A stretch of DNA of 57,941 nt, taken from Chthoniobacterales bacterium. GTDB lineage: Bacteria > Verrucomicrobiota > Verrucomicrobiia > Chthoniobacterales > UBA10450. Where the stretch lies: the NCBI GenBank assembly GCA_036758965.1, contig DAIOVO010000003.1:1-57941 (forward strand). The letters run 5' to 3'. Below are positions 20,950-30,087 of the stretch, in pieces. How positions within the stretch are numbered: the stretch's first letter is position 1; each line of letters starts with the position of its first letter. The translations under genes were made by a program, and so were the position numbers. The notes below the pieces were generated by a model, which saw only the letters and a program-made list of their open reading frames with translations, had not been told where the DNA came from and did not search any database.

Positions 20950-21591
20950 TTAGTCGCGCTGCTTGATTGAGCCGGCGCCGGTTATTTCGCGCTCTATTTT
21001 CGCGGGGTGGCCGCCGTATTCCACCTTACCTGCGCCGGTGATAGAAACCTTTAACTGATCACTTACGGTTACTCCTGCTTTTCCGGCGCCGGTGACAGAA
21101 ACTTCCGCGCGCTTCGTTTGCAAACCAGCCGCATCCAGGCGGCTGGCGCCAGTCATATTAGCGATCATATCTTCCACCGACCCATCGATCGTCACTCTGG
21201 TGGCGCCGCTGCTTTCGAGATAGAACTTCGAGCTGGTAAGGCGATGGACGATCAGATGCGAAGCGCCGTTCAAGTCCGCCGCCTCCAAAGATGGACTGGT
21301 GAGTGTGACCTTTAGTGAGTGCGATGGCCGGAGTTCTCGGGTAGTCCGTAAGTGCAGGACATTTTCGCTTACCTTAACTTCGACATATTGTTGCAGGTTA
21401 TCGTCCACTGTCACCTCGGCGGAGGGCGGGCCGCTATTCCATTCCATCCGGAATGCGCCGCCGGTTTCGATATTTACAAAAGGCGCGACCTGGCGCTGCT
21501 CACTGACAATTTTCCCACTGCCACGCAGGCCGGTAATATCACAACCACCCAGGACAAGAACAATTAACGGAATCAATAATATCTTAGCCAT
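20950..21591 (-). CDS. DUF2807 (GIN-domain) lipoprotein
   Basis: Lipobox LVLGGC, then repetitive beta-strand GSG/GAG pattern typical of DUF2807. Confidence 0.65.
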   Translation of the reverse strand: MAKILLIPLIVLVLGGCDITGLRGSGKIVSEQRQVAPFVNIETGGAFRMEWNSGPPSAEVTVDDNLQQYVEVKVSENVLHLRTTRELRPSHSLKVTLTSPSLEAADLNGASHLIVHRLTSSKFYLESSGATRVTIDGSVEDMIANMTGASRLDAAGLQTKRAEVSVTGAGKAGVTVSDQLKVSITGAGKVEYGGHPAKIEREITGAGSIKQRD

Positions 21592-21609
21592 TTGTTTAAT
21601 TAGACGCGG

Positions 21610-22653
21610 TCACGGCAAGCTTGGATTCAAGAAATTTGGCGTTGGTTCCATTCGCGGCGAGGCCCGGCCGATAATGAGATGAGCTGTTTCCATTAAAGTT
21701 GGGCCGAGGTAAAACTCAACCCGATACCGCCCCATCGCCCAGCCGTCTGCCGGGCGCGCGAGAGTAAACCGGCCATAAGCCTCCGGGCTGGTGACGATAG
21801 CGGTCGCTTCATCTACCACGTAATCGGTCGGTGCGGTGTCGCCGGTGTTTTCCGCGATCCAAACCGCGCGCAGCTTCGTTCCTCGTCCCAAACCATGGCC
21901 GTGCCAGCGCGCGACGATTTGCAGCGCATCCGCGGAAATTGTGCTTAATGGATCGCCGTCGCTGCTGGTGGAAACGGAAACTTCGAGCGGCTTCTTCACC
22001 GCTGTCGGCGAGGTGCGAAGCGGCGCGGCCGGGCGATCGAGTAGTTCGATGGTGTTGCGAAGAAGCAGCTCGCCGCTCGGCGCGCGTTGCGTCACGATTT
22101 CTTTTGCCCAGCCCAAATCGCGCACGAACCAGCGCTCGGCCGTTGTCTTGTAACTACCGCTTTGTTCGCCGTGGAGATGAGTTGCCCGGAACTTGCCCGC
22201 CGGCACCGTAATTTCTTCTTCACCGAGGATGTGAAAATCCAACTCGCACTCCAAACCGGCGACATCGCCCGTGAAATTCCACGTCTCGTTAGCTTCGTCG
22301 CCGGCCGGGAGGACCGTGACTGGCGGCTCAAAGCCGACAATACTTCCGTCGCTTCGGCGTCTGCCCACCGCAAAAATGGCATTGCCGATATTTTTCAAAA
22401 ATGCGGTCGCGCGCGAGCGGCCACCGATTTTCGTCTCGAGACGCATCGTTTGCCCGAGCTTGGGGAGTTCCGCTGGCGAAATTTCGCGCGTTAAGACCGC
22501 AGTGGTGTTCTCCGGTTCAGCGGTCAATCGATAACGCCAGGTAGTGCCTTCGTTGGTGGGCAAGGGCCAATTCGCACGCGCCGTCCATCCCAGCCCAAGA
22601 ATCAGCAGCGTGATTACTAGACGCATCCTGGAATCTATCTGATTCGAGCTCAA
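21610..22653 (-). CDS. secreted hypothetical protein with conserved C-terminal VWIAE domain
   Basis: Signal peptide (RLVITLLILGLGWTARA). The C-terminal ~75 aa are paralogous to the C-terminus of 22704..23180. Confidence 0.6.
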   Translation of the reverse strand: MSSNQIDSRMRLVITLLILGLGWTARANWPLPTNEGTTWRYRLTAEPENTTAVLTREISPAELPKLGQTMRLETKIGGRSRATAFLKNIGNAIFAVGRRRSDGSIVGFEPPVTVLPAGDEANETWNFTGDVAGLECELDFHILGEEEITVPAGKFRATHLHGEQSGSYKTTAERWFVRDLGWAKEIVTQRAPSGELLLRNTIELLDRPAAPLRTSPTAVKKPLEVSVSTSSDGDPLSTISADALQIVARWHGHGLGRGTKLRAVWIAENTGDTAPTDYVVDEATAIVTSPEAYGRFTLARPADGWAMGRYRVEFYLGPTLMETAHLIIGRASPRMEPTPNFLNPSLP

Positions 22654-22703
22654 ATCGCGACCGCGGAATTTGACCTCACACTTGCTTCGCCCATCGTCGA
22701 TGC

Positions 22704-23180
22704 ATGCGATTTTTTCTCTTGTGGTTGTTGCTCATGGCCGGTGGTGCGGAGGTTGCGCGGGCACAGGAACCATCGTCATCACCGACGGCGTCGCCAACAG
22801 GTTCCCCTTTACCCACGGCTTCGTCGACGCCAGCGAAAACCATTGCCGCAACTTTGAGCCGCGAAATAGCGGGTGAATCGACGACGATCTTCGCCACCGA
22901 TACGCCGGGAATCCTTATGCGCTGGCAAAGCGAGAGCGTGGTGGAGGGCGACCGTGTGCGCTGTGTCTGGATCGCGGAAGACGTCGGCCAGGCCGCGCCG
23001 CGCGATTATCACGTGGATGAGACGGTGACGACGGCAAAGGAAACGCCGGCCTTTGGCAGCTTTAGTTTGTCGCGGCCAAAGAAAGGCTGGCCACCGGGGA
23101 AATATCGCGCCGAGCTATATCTCAACAGCGATTTAGTTACTACTTTGCCTTTCATCATCGAAGCGCCGCGCGGCGACTAG
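22704..23180 (+). CDS. secreted hypothetical protein with conserved C-terminal VWIAE domain
   Basis: Signal peptide MRFFLLWLLLMAGGAEVARA, a Pro/Ser/Thr linker, then a C-terminal domain similar to that of 21610..22653. Confidence 0.6.
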   Translation: MRFFLLWLLLMAGGAEVARAQEPSSSPTASPTGSPLPTASSTPAKTIAATLSREIAGESTTIFATDTPGILMRWQSESVVEGDRVRCVWIAEDVGQAAPRDYHVDETVTTAKETPAFGSFSLSRPKKGWPPGKYRAELYLNSDLVTTLPFIIEAPRGD

Positions 23181-23235
23181 TGGGCCGTTATTAGTTAGTT
23201 ACTCGCATAGGGCCAGACGAAGGAGAAATCCTTCC

Positions 23236-23253
23236 GGGTAGCGCGCGCTACCC
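23236..23253. terminator. perfect 18 nt palindrome between convergent genes (possible bidirectional terminator)
   Basis: GGGTAGCGCGCGCTACCC read directly. No strong T-tract on either side. Confidence 0.4.
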
Positions 23254-23320
23254 AGAAATCGCGACCAGAGTGTCGCTCGGTATTTAAATCTCGTTAACTA
23301 GTCCACGCCGCTAAGATGAA

Positions 23321-23932
23321 CTATGTCTTCATTCGATGCCCTAGCATCTCGGCCGCGCGGGTGCGGGCGTCGATGCGCTTCAATCCGCGAGCCTGCGCGG
23401 ACGTGAGCAACGAAGTGTGCGAGATATCGCAGAGATACTCGGGCACAAACCAAATGTCGTGTTCGGAGGTCATCCAATGTTGCTGGTCGAAGCGCGAAAG
23501 ATCGACTGGCCGCGAGTAGCGCCGCAGAGTGCGTTCGCCCCGGAGGTTGAAGTAGATATTGAAGTAGCTCAACGCCAGCTCTCGCAGAGTGCGATAGACT
23601 GGCTCGCGATAGCGGCAGCCGGTGAAGTTTGAGGTAGCAACCGCGCCCCAGCAGCCCCGCACTTTGAACAAGGCGAGTACGTGATCGGTATCGTGATCGG
23701 CTTCCAGGTCCCAGAGAAACGGGGGAAAGCCGAGCGCGCGTAGAGCAGCGGCGGCGAAGATTGCGCCTTCGAGACAGTGCGCGGTGCGTCCTTGCAAAAC
23801 TCTGCGCGGCGACCACGCGGTATCGGTCAGATGGTACGGAAGCGAGTCGAGAAAGAGTTGAATGCCGTGCGGAGTTTTAAAAGCGCGCAGTTGCCGTAGT
23901 TCGGCCGGAGTAAATTCGCGGAGCGGCGACAT
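23321..23932 (-). CDS. hypothetical protein, possibly transglutaminase/papain-like Cys-His fold
   Basis: 203 aa. Candidate catalytic Cys context RTAHCLEGAIFAAAAL and His context DHDTDHVLALF. Lies 2 nt downstream of the ABC permease gene. Confidence 0.45.
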   Translation of the reverse strand: MSPLREFTPAELRQLRAFKTPHGIQLFLDSLPYHLTDTAWSPRRVLQGRTAHCLEGAIFAAAALRALGFPPFLWDLEADHDTDHVLALFKVRGCWGAVATSNFTGCRYREPVYRTLRELALSYFNIYFNLRGERTLRRYSRPVDLSRFDQQHWMTSEHDIWFVPEYLCDISHTSLLTSAQARGLKRIDARTRAAEMLGHRMKT

Positions 23933-23934
23933 TC

Positions 23935-25626
23935 CTATTCTACGTCCGCGGTAAGGACTTCGAGAATTTTGGTCTCACGTTGTTGAAGTTGTTGTCCGAG
24001 CGAAGGAAGGAACCAGCGATAGCAGGCGAAGGCCGCGAATGCGACCAGCATGGAAACAATCAGGTTAACCGGCAGCGCGGTTACTGGTGTGCTCAGGTTT
24101 AAAAGAAGTTCCGCGGCCGGCCCAATGAAAACTGGAATAAGCAGGAAGGGAGAGAGCAACTGGCAAAACACCACCAGCAGACCGCGCGCGCCCGAAATTT
24201 TGGTCGGTTTGAGAGAAGCGGCGCGGATCCGATACGGCAGATAAATGGAAAGGATGTTGCCGAAAAAGATGGCGATGAAAAAAGTGCTGACGATTTGAAA
24301 AAATGCCGCCAAGGCGGTGGAGAAGGTCAGGCCAACAATGGTGCAGGTAAGGATGAGCCAGAGTAGACCAGCACAAAAAATCACCGGTGAGGCGGCGAGA
24401 TTTTTCCCGAGGAGGATGGCGCTGCGCCGCGCGGGTGAGAGGACAAATGTCTGGAATCCGTCGCGATCGAAGCCGAACTGATTCGAGAGGAACTGTACTA
24501 AAGTCAAAAGACAAAAGGCAATGACCACTGGAATCACGAATGGTTTCAGGCTTGCGGGAAAGCTGAAGTGCGCCCGGAAAATAATGGTGGCGGCGACAAT
24601 TAACGGAACAAAGATCGACATCGCCCACGCCATCTTGATCTCTGGCGCGCGCAACATCGCGCGAAAGGAGGCGAGCGCCACCGCGGTCGCTTCTTCGGAG
24701 AGGCCCGGAATTTTCTGATCGAGAAAAGTGGAAGTAGAGGTGGAAAGGTGAGCGACGGCTGGCGGCGGAGTAGGGTGGGCCGAGCGGCCGCTGGCCGGCG
24801 CGCCCTGGTAAAATTTTACGGTGCCGCGATAGGCGCGTGCCAGGCCCAACGCTCCCAGGCCAAGCAGGCCTAGCGTGCCCAGCACCGCCGGCGTGGGCGC
24901 GCCGTTCGCCAGATTCTTCGCGCCTAGCGAGACCCAGAATGGCGGCAAATACTTTTGCGCCGCCAGAATTCGACTAAAGGGCAGGTGGCTTCGGCGACTG
25001 GTCGAACGCGCAAACACATTCATGTAAAGGTTGGGCAGTTGCGCCAAGAGCACGAGCGCGAAAGTTAAACCGGCCACGACGGTGCGGCGGCGGCGGGGAT
25101 TAGTCATGAGTTTCGCCAGCCAGCCGCGCAAACAGTAGGTCCAGGCGGTGATCAGGAAGATCATGCTCAAGGCCAGCGGCAGCATCAGCAGCAGGAGCGG
25201 TCCGCGAGCTAAAGCCAGCCCGATACTTAGCCCGAAGATCGCCGGCACCGCCACGATGATGCTTAGGGAAAAGTGGGAGGCGAGGTAGTTAATAGCGAAA
25301 ATCTGGCCGAGCCTGACCGGCAGGTGCATTAAGCGCTGTAAATCGATCGCTTCCGAGCGCTGCAATTCCGAGAGTAACCCAATCGTCCAAAACATCAGGA
25401 ATACGCCCACCAGAACGAACCAGGTCATCATCACAATATTGCTCGTGGCCTCGCGCAGACCGAGGTCAGCGCCGATTAATCCCGCGAAAAAGCAAAACAC
25501 TCCCAGCAAACAACCAGCGAAGAAGAGGATGATCGCAACCGCGCCGCGCGCACCGTGTTTGCCCCATTGATTTCTCGTTAGCCGCCAGCGCAACCACAAG
25601 ATGGCTTTGAATTGTTCCCAGTTCAC
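23935..25626 (-). CDS. large polytopic ABC-exporter permease-like membrane protein
   Basis: 563 aa with roughly 12 TM helices. Overlaps the upstream ABC ATPase gene by 4 nt. Confidence 0.65.
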   Translation of the reverse strand: MNWEQFKAILWLRWRLTRNQWGKHGARGAVAIILFFAGCLLGVFCFFAGLIGADLGLREATSNIVMMTWFVLVGVFLMFWTIGLLSELQRSEAIDLQRLMHLPVRLGQIFAINYLASHFSLSIIVAVPAIFGLSIGLALARGPLLLLMLPLALSMIFLITAWTYCLRGWLAKLMTNPRRRRTVVAGLTFALVLLAQLPNLYMNVFARSTSRRSHLPFSRILAAQKYLPPFWVSLGAKNLANGAPTPAVLGTLGLLGLGALGLARAYRGTVKFYQGAPASGRSAHPTPPPAVAHLSTSTSTFLDQKIPGLSEEATAVALASFRAMLRAPEIKMAWAMSIFVPLIVAATIIFRAHFSFPASLKPFVIPVVIAFCLLTLVQFLSNQFGFDRDGFQTFVLSPARRSAILLGKNLAASPVIFCAGLLWLILTCTIVGLTFSTALAAFFQIVSTFFIAIFFGNILSIYLPYRIRAASLKPTKISGARGLLVVFCQLLSPFLLIPVFIGPAAELLLNLSTPVTALPVNLIVSMLVAFAAFACYRWFLPSLGQQLQQRETKILEVLTADVE

Positions 25627-26378
25627 TCCAGCCAGCTGAGCTTCTGCGCTTCGTGCTCGCGACCCACGACCGCGATAAATTTATCCTCCAGCGAACCGGT
25701 TGCGCGCACCTCCTCCATCTTACCCTGATAGACCAGCCGTCCGTGCGCGATGATGCCGAGATCGGTGCAGAGTTTTTCCACGATCTCGAGCACGTGCGAG
25801 GTAAGAAAGACGGTGCCGCCGCGTTTAACAAATTGCCGCAGAGTGTCGCGCAAGGTTCGGGAAGCAACGGCGTCTACGCCTTCGAACGGCTCGTCCAGAA
25901 AAAGTAAATCAGGGTTCGGGATGAGGGCAGCGGCGAGCGCGAGTTTCTTCTTCATCCCATGCGAAAATTCAAGGGTGAGTTTTTTCTCCTCGCGGTCCAG
26001 TTCCATGATCGCGAGAAGCTGCGCGCAGCGCTCGCGGGTAGTCTCGGCCGGGAGCAGATACATTCGCGCTACAAACGTAAGATACTCGCGCGCGGTCAGA
26101 TTATCGAAGAGCGCGAGGTTTTCCAAAACTGCCCCGGTGCGCCGTTTCACCGCCAGCGATTTCTGCGGATCACTGATTTCTTCGCCGAGGACGCGAATGT
26201 CGCCGGCGTTCGGCGCCAATAAACCAGTTAGCATTTTGATGGTGGTGGATTTCCCAGCGCCATTGGGCCCTAGAAATCCGTAAAAACAGCCAGCTTCCAC
26301 CCGCAAACTCAACTGATCGACCGCGCGAAAAGTTCCAAAATCGCGGGTCAAACCGGAAGTTTCAATTGCCGCGCTCAC
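25623..26378 (-). CDS. ABC transporter ATP-binding protein
   Basis: Walker A GPNGAGKST, signature-region sequence FSHGMKKKLALA, Walker B LLFLDEPFEGVD. Confidence 0.9.
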   Translation of the reverse strand: MSAAIETSGLTRDFGTFRAVDQLSLRVEAGCFYGFLGPNGAGKSTTIKMLTGLLAPNAGDIRVLGEEISDPQKSLAVKRRTGAVLENLALFDNLTAREYLTFVARMYLLPAETTRERCAQLLAIMELDREEKKLTLEFSHGMKKKLALAAALIPNPDLLFLDEPFEGVDAVASRTLRDTLRQFVKRGGTVFLTSHVLEIVEKLCTDLGIIAHGRLVYQGKMEEVRATGSLEDKFIAVVGREHEAQKLSWLE

Positions 26379-26591
26379 GAATCGTTATGCTACAAAGCAG
26401 TAGTTGTGGGAGCAACCGAAAGGCGCGTATCTCTTCGCGCTGGGGAAACGCGGGCGCTCGCGTGCAGTCTTCGGCGCATTCGCCAGGACGGACTTTAGTT
26501 TGTGTCCGGCCCGTCGCACGGGCACCTTTCGCTCGTACGTTTCCTGGCGAACGTCCGAGGGCGTTGCCTGGCTGCGGCCGACGCTGTTCCC

Positions 26592-27378
26592 TTAGAATTT
26601 ATAAATCAGCGCTGCTGTTGCGTGATGCTCAGTCAAGCTTACTTCGTGATGGCCGCGGAATGTCGGATCGGTTGTAAGGGTGCTGTCGAAGCTGGCGCTT
26701 CCGAGGTCCACATATTGATATTGGAGGCGCGCGCTCCAATGATCGCTGATCGCGTATTGCATTCCGCCGCCGACCATCCAGCCGACGTTGGTTGAGCCGC
26801 GGGCATTACCCAGGTGTGTGGCCGGGTCGGCCAGGTCGTGAAGCGTTTGCGAGAAATCGACGTCGCCGATTGCAAGACCGCCGATGACGTAAAGGCATGA
26901 ACCGCCCGCAGGCGAAGCCAAGTCGCGGTGCTACGGTGGTGAGGTAATGCGTTTTAAATGAAGTGCGGACAGACAACGGCGGCGCGCCTTGGCCAAGGAT
27001 GAATGCTCCGGTATCAGTGGACTCTCGCGCCCATTGGTAACTAGTGGCACTCTCCAGACCGACCATCAATTTTCCCAGTTGATAGTTGTAGCCGATGAGT
27101 CCGCCGGCTTCGCCCCCGTCGTAATTGAAATCTTCCGAGCCGCGCGACTCCAGCGCGTTCTTGAGCGGTCCAATCTGATTAAATGATCCTCCTAAAGTGA
27201 GATCCGGTTCGACGTGGCCGTGGTTGTAGCCACCAAAAACTCCAACGTAAAAGCCGGTCCAATTCATCGCTGCCGGCGCGGGTGGCGGTGCGTCCTTGGA
27301 ATAAGAAGGTTCCGGCCCGCCGTAGATTGAGCCGCAGAAAGCTAATAACGCTACCAAACTTACAGGGATGCTCTTCAT
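26592..27378 (-). pseudogene. outer-membrane beta-barrel (OMP_b-brl/OmpA-like porin family) protein with frameshift near 26895
   Basis: The N-terminal part (signal peptide MKSIPVSLVALLAFCGSIYG ... APRLGFA) is in one frame. The C-terminal part (LYVIGGLAIGDVDF ... ending in aromatic YKF) is in another. They join at atgcctttac. Confidence 0.7.
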
Positions 27379-27557
27379 GATATGTATCGCCGAGCGAGCT
27401 ATATCCGTGCCGTCGAGATAACGCGCTCCGACGGGAACGGGGTTTTTATCCATTTTTTGTTAGCCTTGTGACGCACCGCGTCCACTACGTGACGGGCTGG
27501 ATCAGGCGACAGTCAGGGCCGGCGAGGCGGTTAAAAAAAAAGCTTGCCACTGAAATT

Positions 27558-27579
27558 GTGTTGTAGTTATGTATAACAC
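27558..27579. promoter_or_regulatory. candidate GntR/YtrA operator (nested inverted repeat) in an AT-rich divergent promoter region
   Basis: GTGTTgtaGTTATgtATAACAC lies ~130 nt upstream of the GntR start. A TTGCCA -35-like hexamer is at 27545-27550. Confidence 0.35.
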
Positions 27580-27709
27580 TATATGAGAAGCACGGGTCAA
27601 CCAAAGTGGAGTGCGGCGGCGGCCCTTTTCGCACGTCTTCGATCTGAGCTTCGGAAGATTCATTGCGACAGGAGCCCGTGGCCACACTCAAGCGCCGGTG
27701 GAATACAGG

Positions 27710-28135
27710 ATGGAAAGTGAATGGAACGATGGTCAGCCGATTTATCGACAGCTGCGGGACCGGGTTGTCGCCATGATTCTCGATGGCGTGCTCAACGAAG
27801 GCGATCCATTGCCATCCGTGCGCAGTGTCGCGGCCGAATTTCGGGTCAATCCGCTCACGGTGCTAAAGGCCTACCAGCAACTGACCGGCGAGCAACTGGT
27901 CGAAACCAGGCGCGGCCTCGGCATATTCGTCAACAGCGGTGCGCGCGAGCTGCTGCTCAAAGGCGAACGCCAGAAGTTTCTCGCGGAGCAATGGCCCAGG
28001 GTCGCCGCGACCATTCAGCGCCTTGGCATTACCCCCAAAGAATTGATGCGCGCGGCGAAGCGCGGATCTGCCGCCAGAGACGGTGGCAGCTACAATGCTG
28101 GTGCGAAGCCGAAAACAAAAAAGGAGGGGCGCTAA
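27710..28135 (+). CDS. GntR family transcriptional regulator, YtrA subfamily
   Basis: Winged-HTH PIYRQLRDRVV...LPSVRSVAAEFRVNPLTVLKAYQQL...RRGLGIFV with a short C-terminal region. Confidence 0.85.
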   Translation: MESEWNDGQPIYRQLRDRVVAMILDGVLNEGDPLPSVRSVAAEFRVNPLTVLKAYQQLTGEQLVETRRGLGIFVNSGARELLLKGERQKFLAEQWPRVAATIQRLGITPKELMRAAKRGSAARDGGSYNAGAKPKTKKEGR

Positions 28136-28139
28136 AGTC

Positions 28140-28994
28140 GTGGCAACCATAGAAGCACGCAGTCTCCGCAAAGTTTTCGGAACTACCGTCGCCTTGGATG
28201 GGATCGATTTGCGGGTCGAAGAAGGGCGCATCCTCGGAATCATCGGTCCCAATGGCGCGGGCAAGACGACCGCGTTGAACGCGATTCTCGGCCTCACCTC
28301 CTATGAGGGAGAATTGAAGGTGCTTGGTCGAGATCCATGGAGTTCGCGCGAAGAGCTCATGCGCGATGTCTCTTTCATTGCCGATGTCGCGGTGCTGCCG
28401 CGCTGGGTGCGCGTTTCACAGATGCTCGAGTACGTCGCCGGGGTGCATCCGCGATTCGATCGCGCGAAAGCGGAAGGTTTCCTGGCAAAGACCACCATCA
28501 AACGCGCTAGCAAAGTAAGACAATTGTCGAAGGGCATGGTGGCCCAGTTACATCTTGCTCTAGTGATGGCGATCGACGCGAAATTGCTGGTCCTGGACGA
28601 GCCGACCCTTGGGCTCGATATCCTGTATCGCAAGCAGTTCTACGATTCGCTTCTGAACGACTACTTCGATCGCACCCGCACTATTGTGGTGACGACGCAT
28701 CAAGTGGAAGAGATCCAGGATGTTCTAACCGATCTCATGTTTATCGATCGCGGTCGCATCGTGCTCGAGTGCAGCATGGAGGAATTCGAGTCGCGCTATC
28801 TGGAAGTGATGGTGCATCCCGAGCAGCTTGAGGCCGCGCGGGCGCTGAAACCGATCTATGAGCGCCCTGTCTTTGGCCGCAGCGTTCTCTTGTTCGACCA
28901 CGTTGATCGCGACCACCTCGCAGCGCTGGGAGAGGTTCGCCGGCCGGGCATCGCTGACGTGTTCGTGGCGGGAAAAGGGGAAAGCAATAAGTAA
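28140..28994 (+). CDS. ABC transporter ATP-binding protein
   Basis: Walker A GPNGAGKTT, LSKGMVAQL signature, Walker B LLVLDEPTLGLD. GTG at 28140 is preceded by AAGGAGG. Confidence 0.88.
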   Translation: MATIEARSLRKVFGTTVALDGIDLRVEEGRILGIIGPNGAGKTTALNAILGLTSYEGELKVLGRDPWSSREELMRDVSFIADVAVLPRWVRVSQMLEYVAGVHPRFDRAKAEGFLAKTTIKRASKVRQLSKGMVAQLHLALVMAIDAKLLVLDEPTLGLDILYRKQFYDSLLNDYFDRTRTIVVTTHQVEEIQDVLTDLMFIDRGRIVLECSMEEFESRYLEVMVHPEQLEAARALKPIYERPVFGRSVLLFDHVDRDHLAALGEVRRPGIADVFVAGKGESNK

Positions 28995-29012
28995 TAGTAG
29001 AAACAAAGCAGA

Positions 29013-29948
29013 ATGAATAGTTCATCGAACGTCGTTTCCGCGTTGCCCGGCGATACGGGTACAATTGCGCCTGTGGCTATCGCGGCGACCCGGCCATTCT
29101 ACTGGTCGGTGCGGCGCGAGTTATGGGAGAACCGTTCCATTTACATCGCGCCGCTGATCGTTGCTGCGGTCCAGATTTTCGGCTTTGCCATTAGTACCAT
29201 AGGTCTGGCGGAGCGGAGGCGCGCGGTCTTGTTGCTCGATCCGGCGCGGCAACGAGCCGCAATCGAGGTGCCTTACGACGTGGTGGCGATGATGATGATC
29301 TTCGTCGTCTTCATCGTGGGCGTGTTCTACTGCCTCGACGCGCTGCATGGGGAACGGCGTGATCGCAGCATCCTCTTCTGGAAGTCGCTTCCGGTTTCGG
29401 ATCTCACCACCGTGCTATCGAAGATAACCATCCCGCTGGTGATTCTACCGGTCATCGCCTTTGCGCTCGTTGTTTGCGTTCAGGTGATCATGCTGCTGAT
29501 GAGCAGCGTAAATCTGCTAGTGCACGGAATGAGTCCGGCGACGACGTTTGCCCACTTCCCGGTATTTCAGAACTGGATCGTGCTGTTCTACGGTCTGGTC
29601 GTGCTCGCGCTCTGGCACGCGCCGATCTACGGCTGGTTGATGCTGGTCTCCGGTTGGGCGCGGCGCGCGACATTTCTCTGGGCCGTGTTGCCGCTACTCG
29701 CGATCGGGATCCTGGAGAAGATTGCGTTCAACAGTTCACACTTCGCCGATCTGCTAAAAAACCGTTTACTGAACTGGGCCGCGGAAGCCTTCGCGTTCAA
29801 CCCGCACGGAGGAATCGCGACCGGCTCATTATCTCAACTCACTCCCGGACGATTTCTGAGCACGCCAGAACTTTGGATCGGGCTCGTATTCGCGGCCGCA
29901 TTCCTTCTCGCAGCAGTCCGGCTGCGCCGCGCGCGGGGCCCTATTTGA
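29013..29948 (+). CDS. ABC-2-type permease-like membrane protein
   Basis: 311 aa with ~6 TM helices and an ERRDRSILFWKSLPVS motif resembling ABC-2/GldF-like permeases. Directly follows the ATPase gene. Confidence 0.6.
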   Translation: MNSSSNVVSALPGDTGTIAPVAIAATRPFYWSVRRELWENRSIYIAPLIVAAVQIFGFAISTIGLAERRRAVLLLDPARQRAAIEVPYDVVAMMMIFVVFIVGVFYCLDALHGERRDRSILFWKSLPVSDLTTVLSKITIPLVILPVIAFALVVCVQVIMLLMSSVNLLVHGMSPATTFAHFPVFQNWIVLFYGLVVLALWHAPIYGWLMLVSGWARRATFLWAVLPLLAIGILEKIAFNSSHFADLLKNRLLNWAAEAFAFNPHGGIATGSLSQLTPGRFLSTPELWIGLVFAAAFLLAAVRLRRARGPI

Positions 29949-30087
29949 TCGCATGCACTTAACTCAATCACTCAGATAAATAGGAACTACAAATGATGAC
30001 ATGTCCACAGCCGCACTAGCCATTCGATGGCATGTCGCTCTTACGTGCCGAGTAGCCCAATCATCGACACAAGGAAAATTTTTCAAA

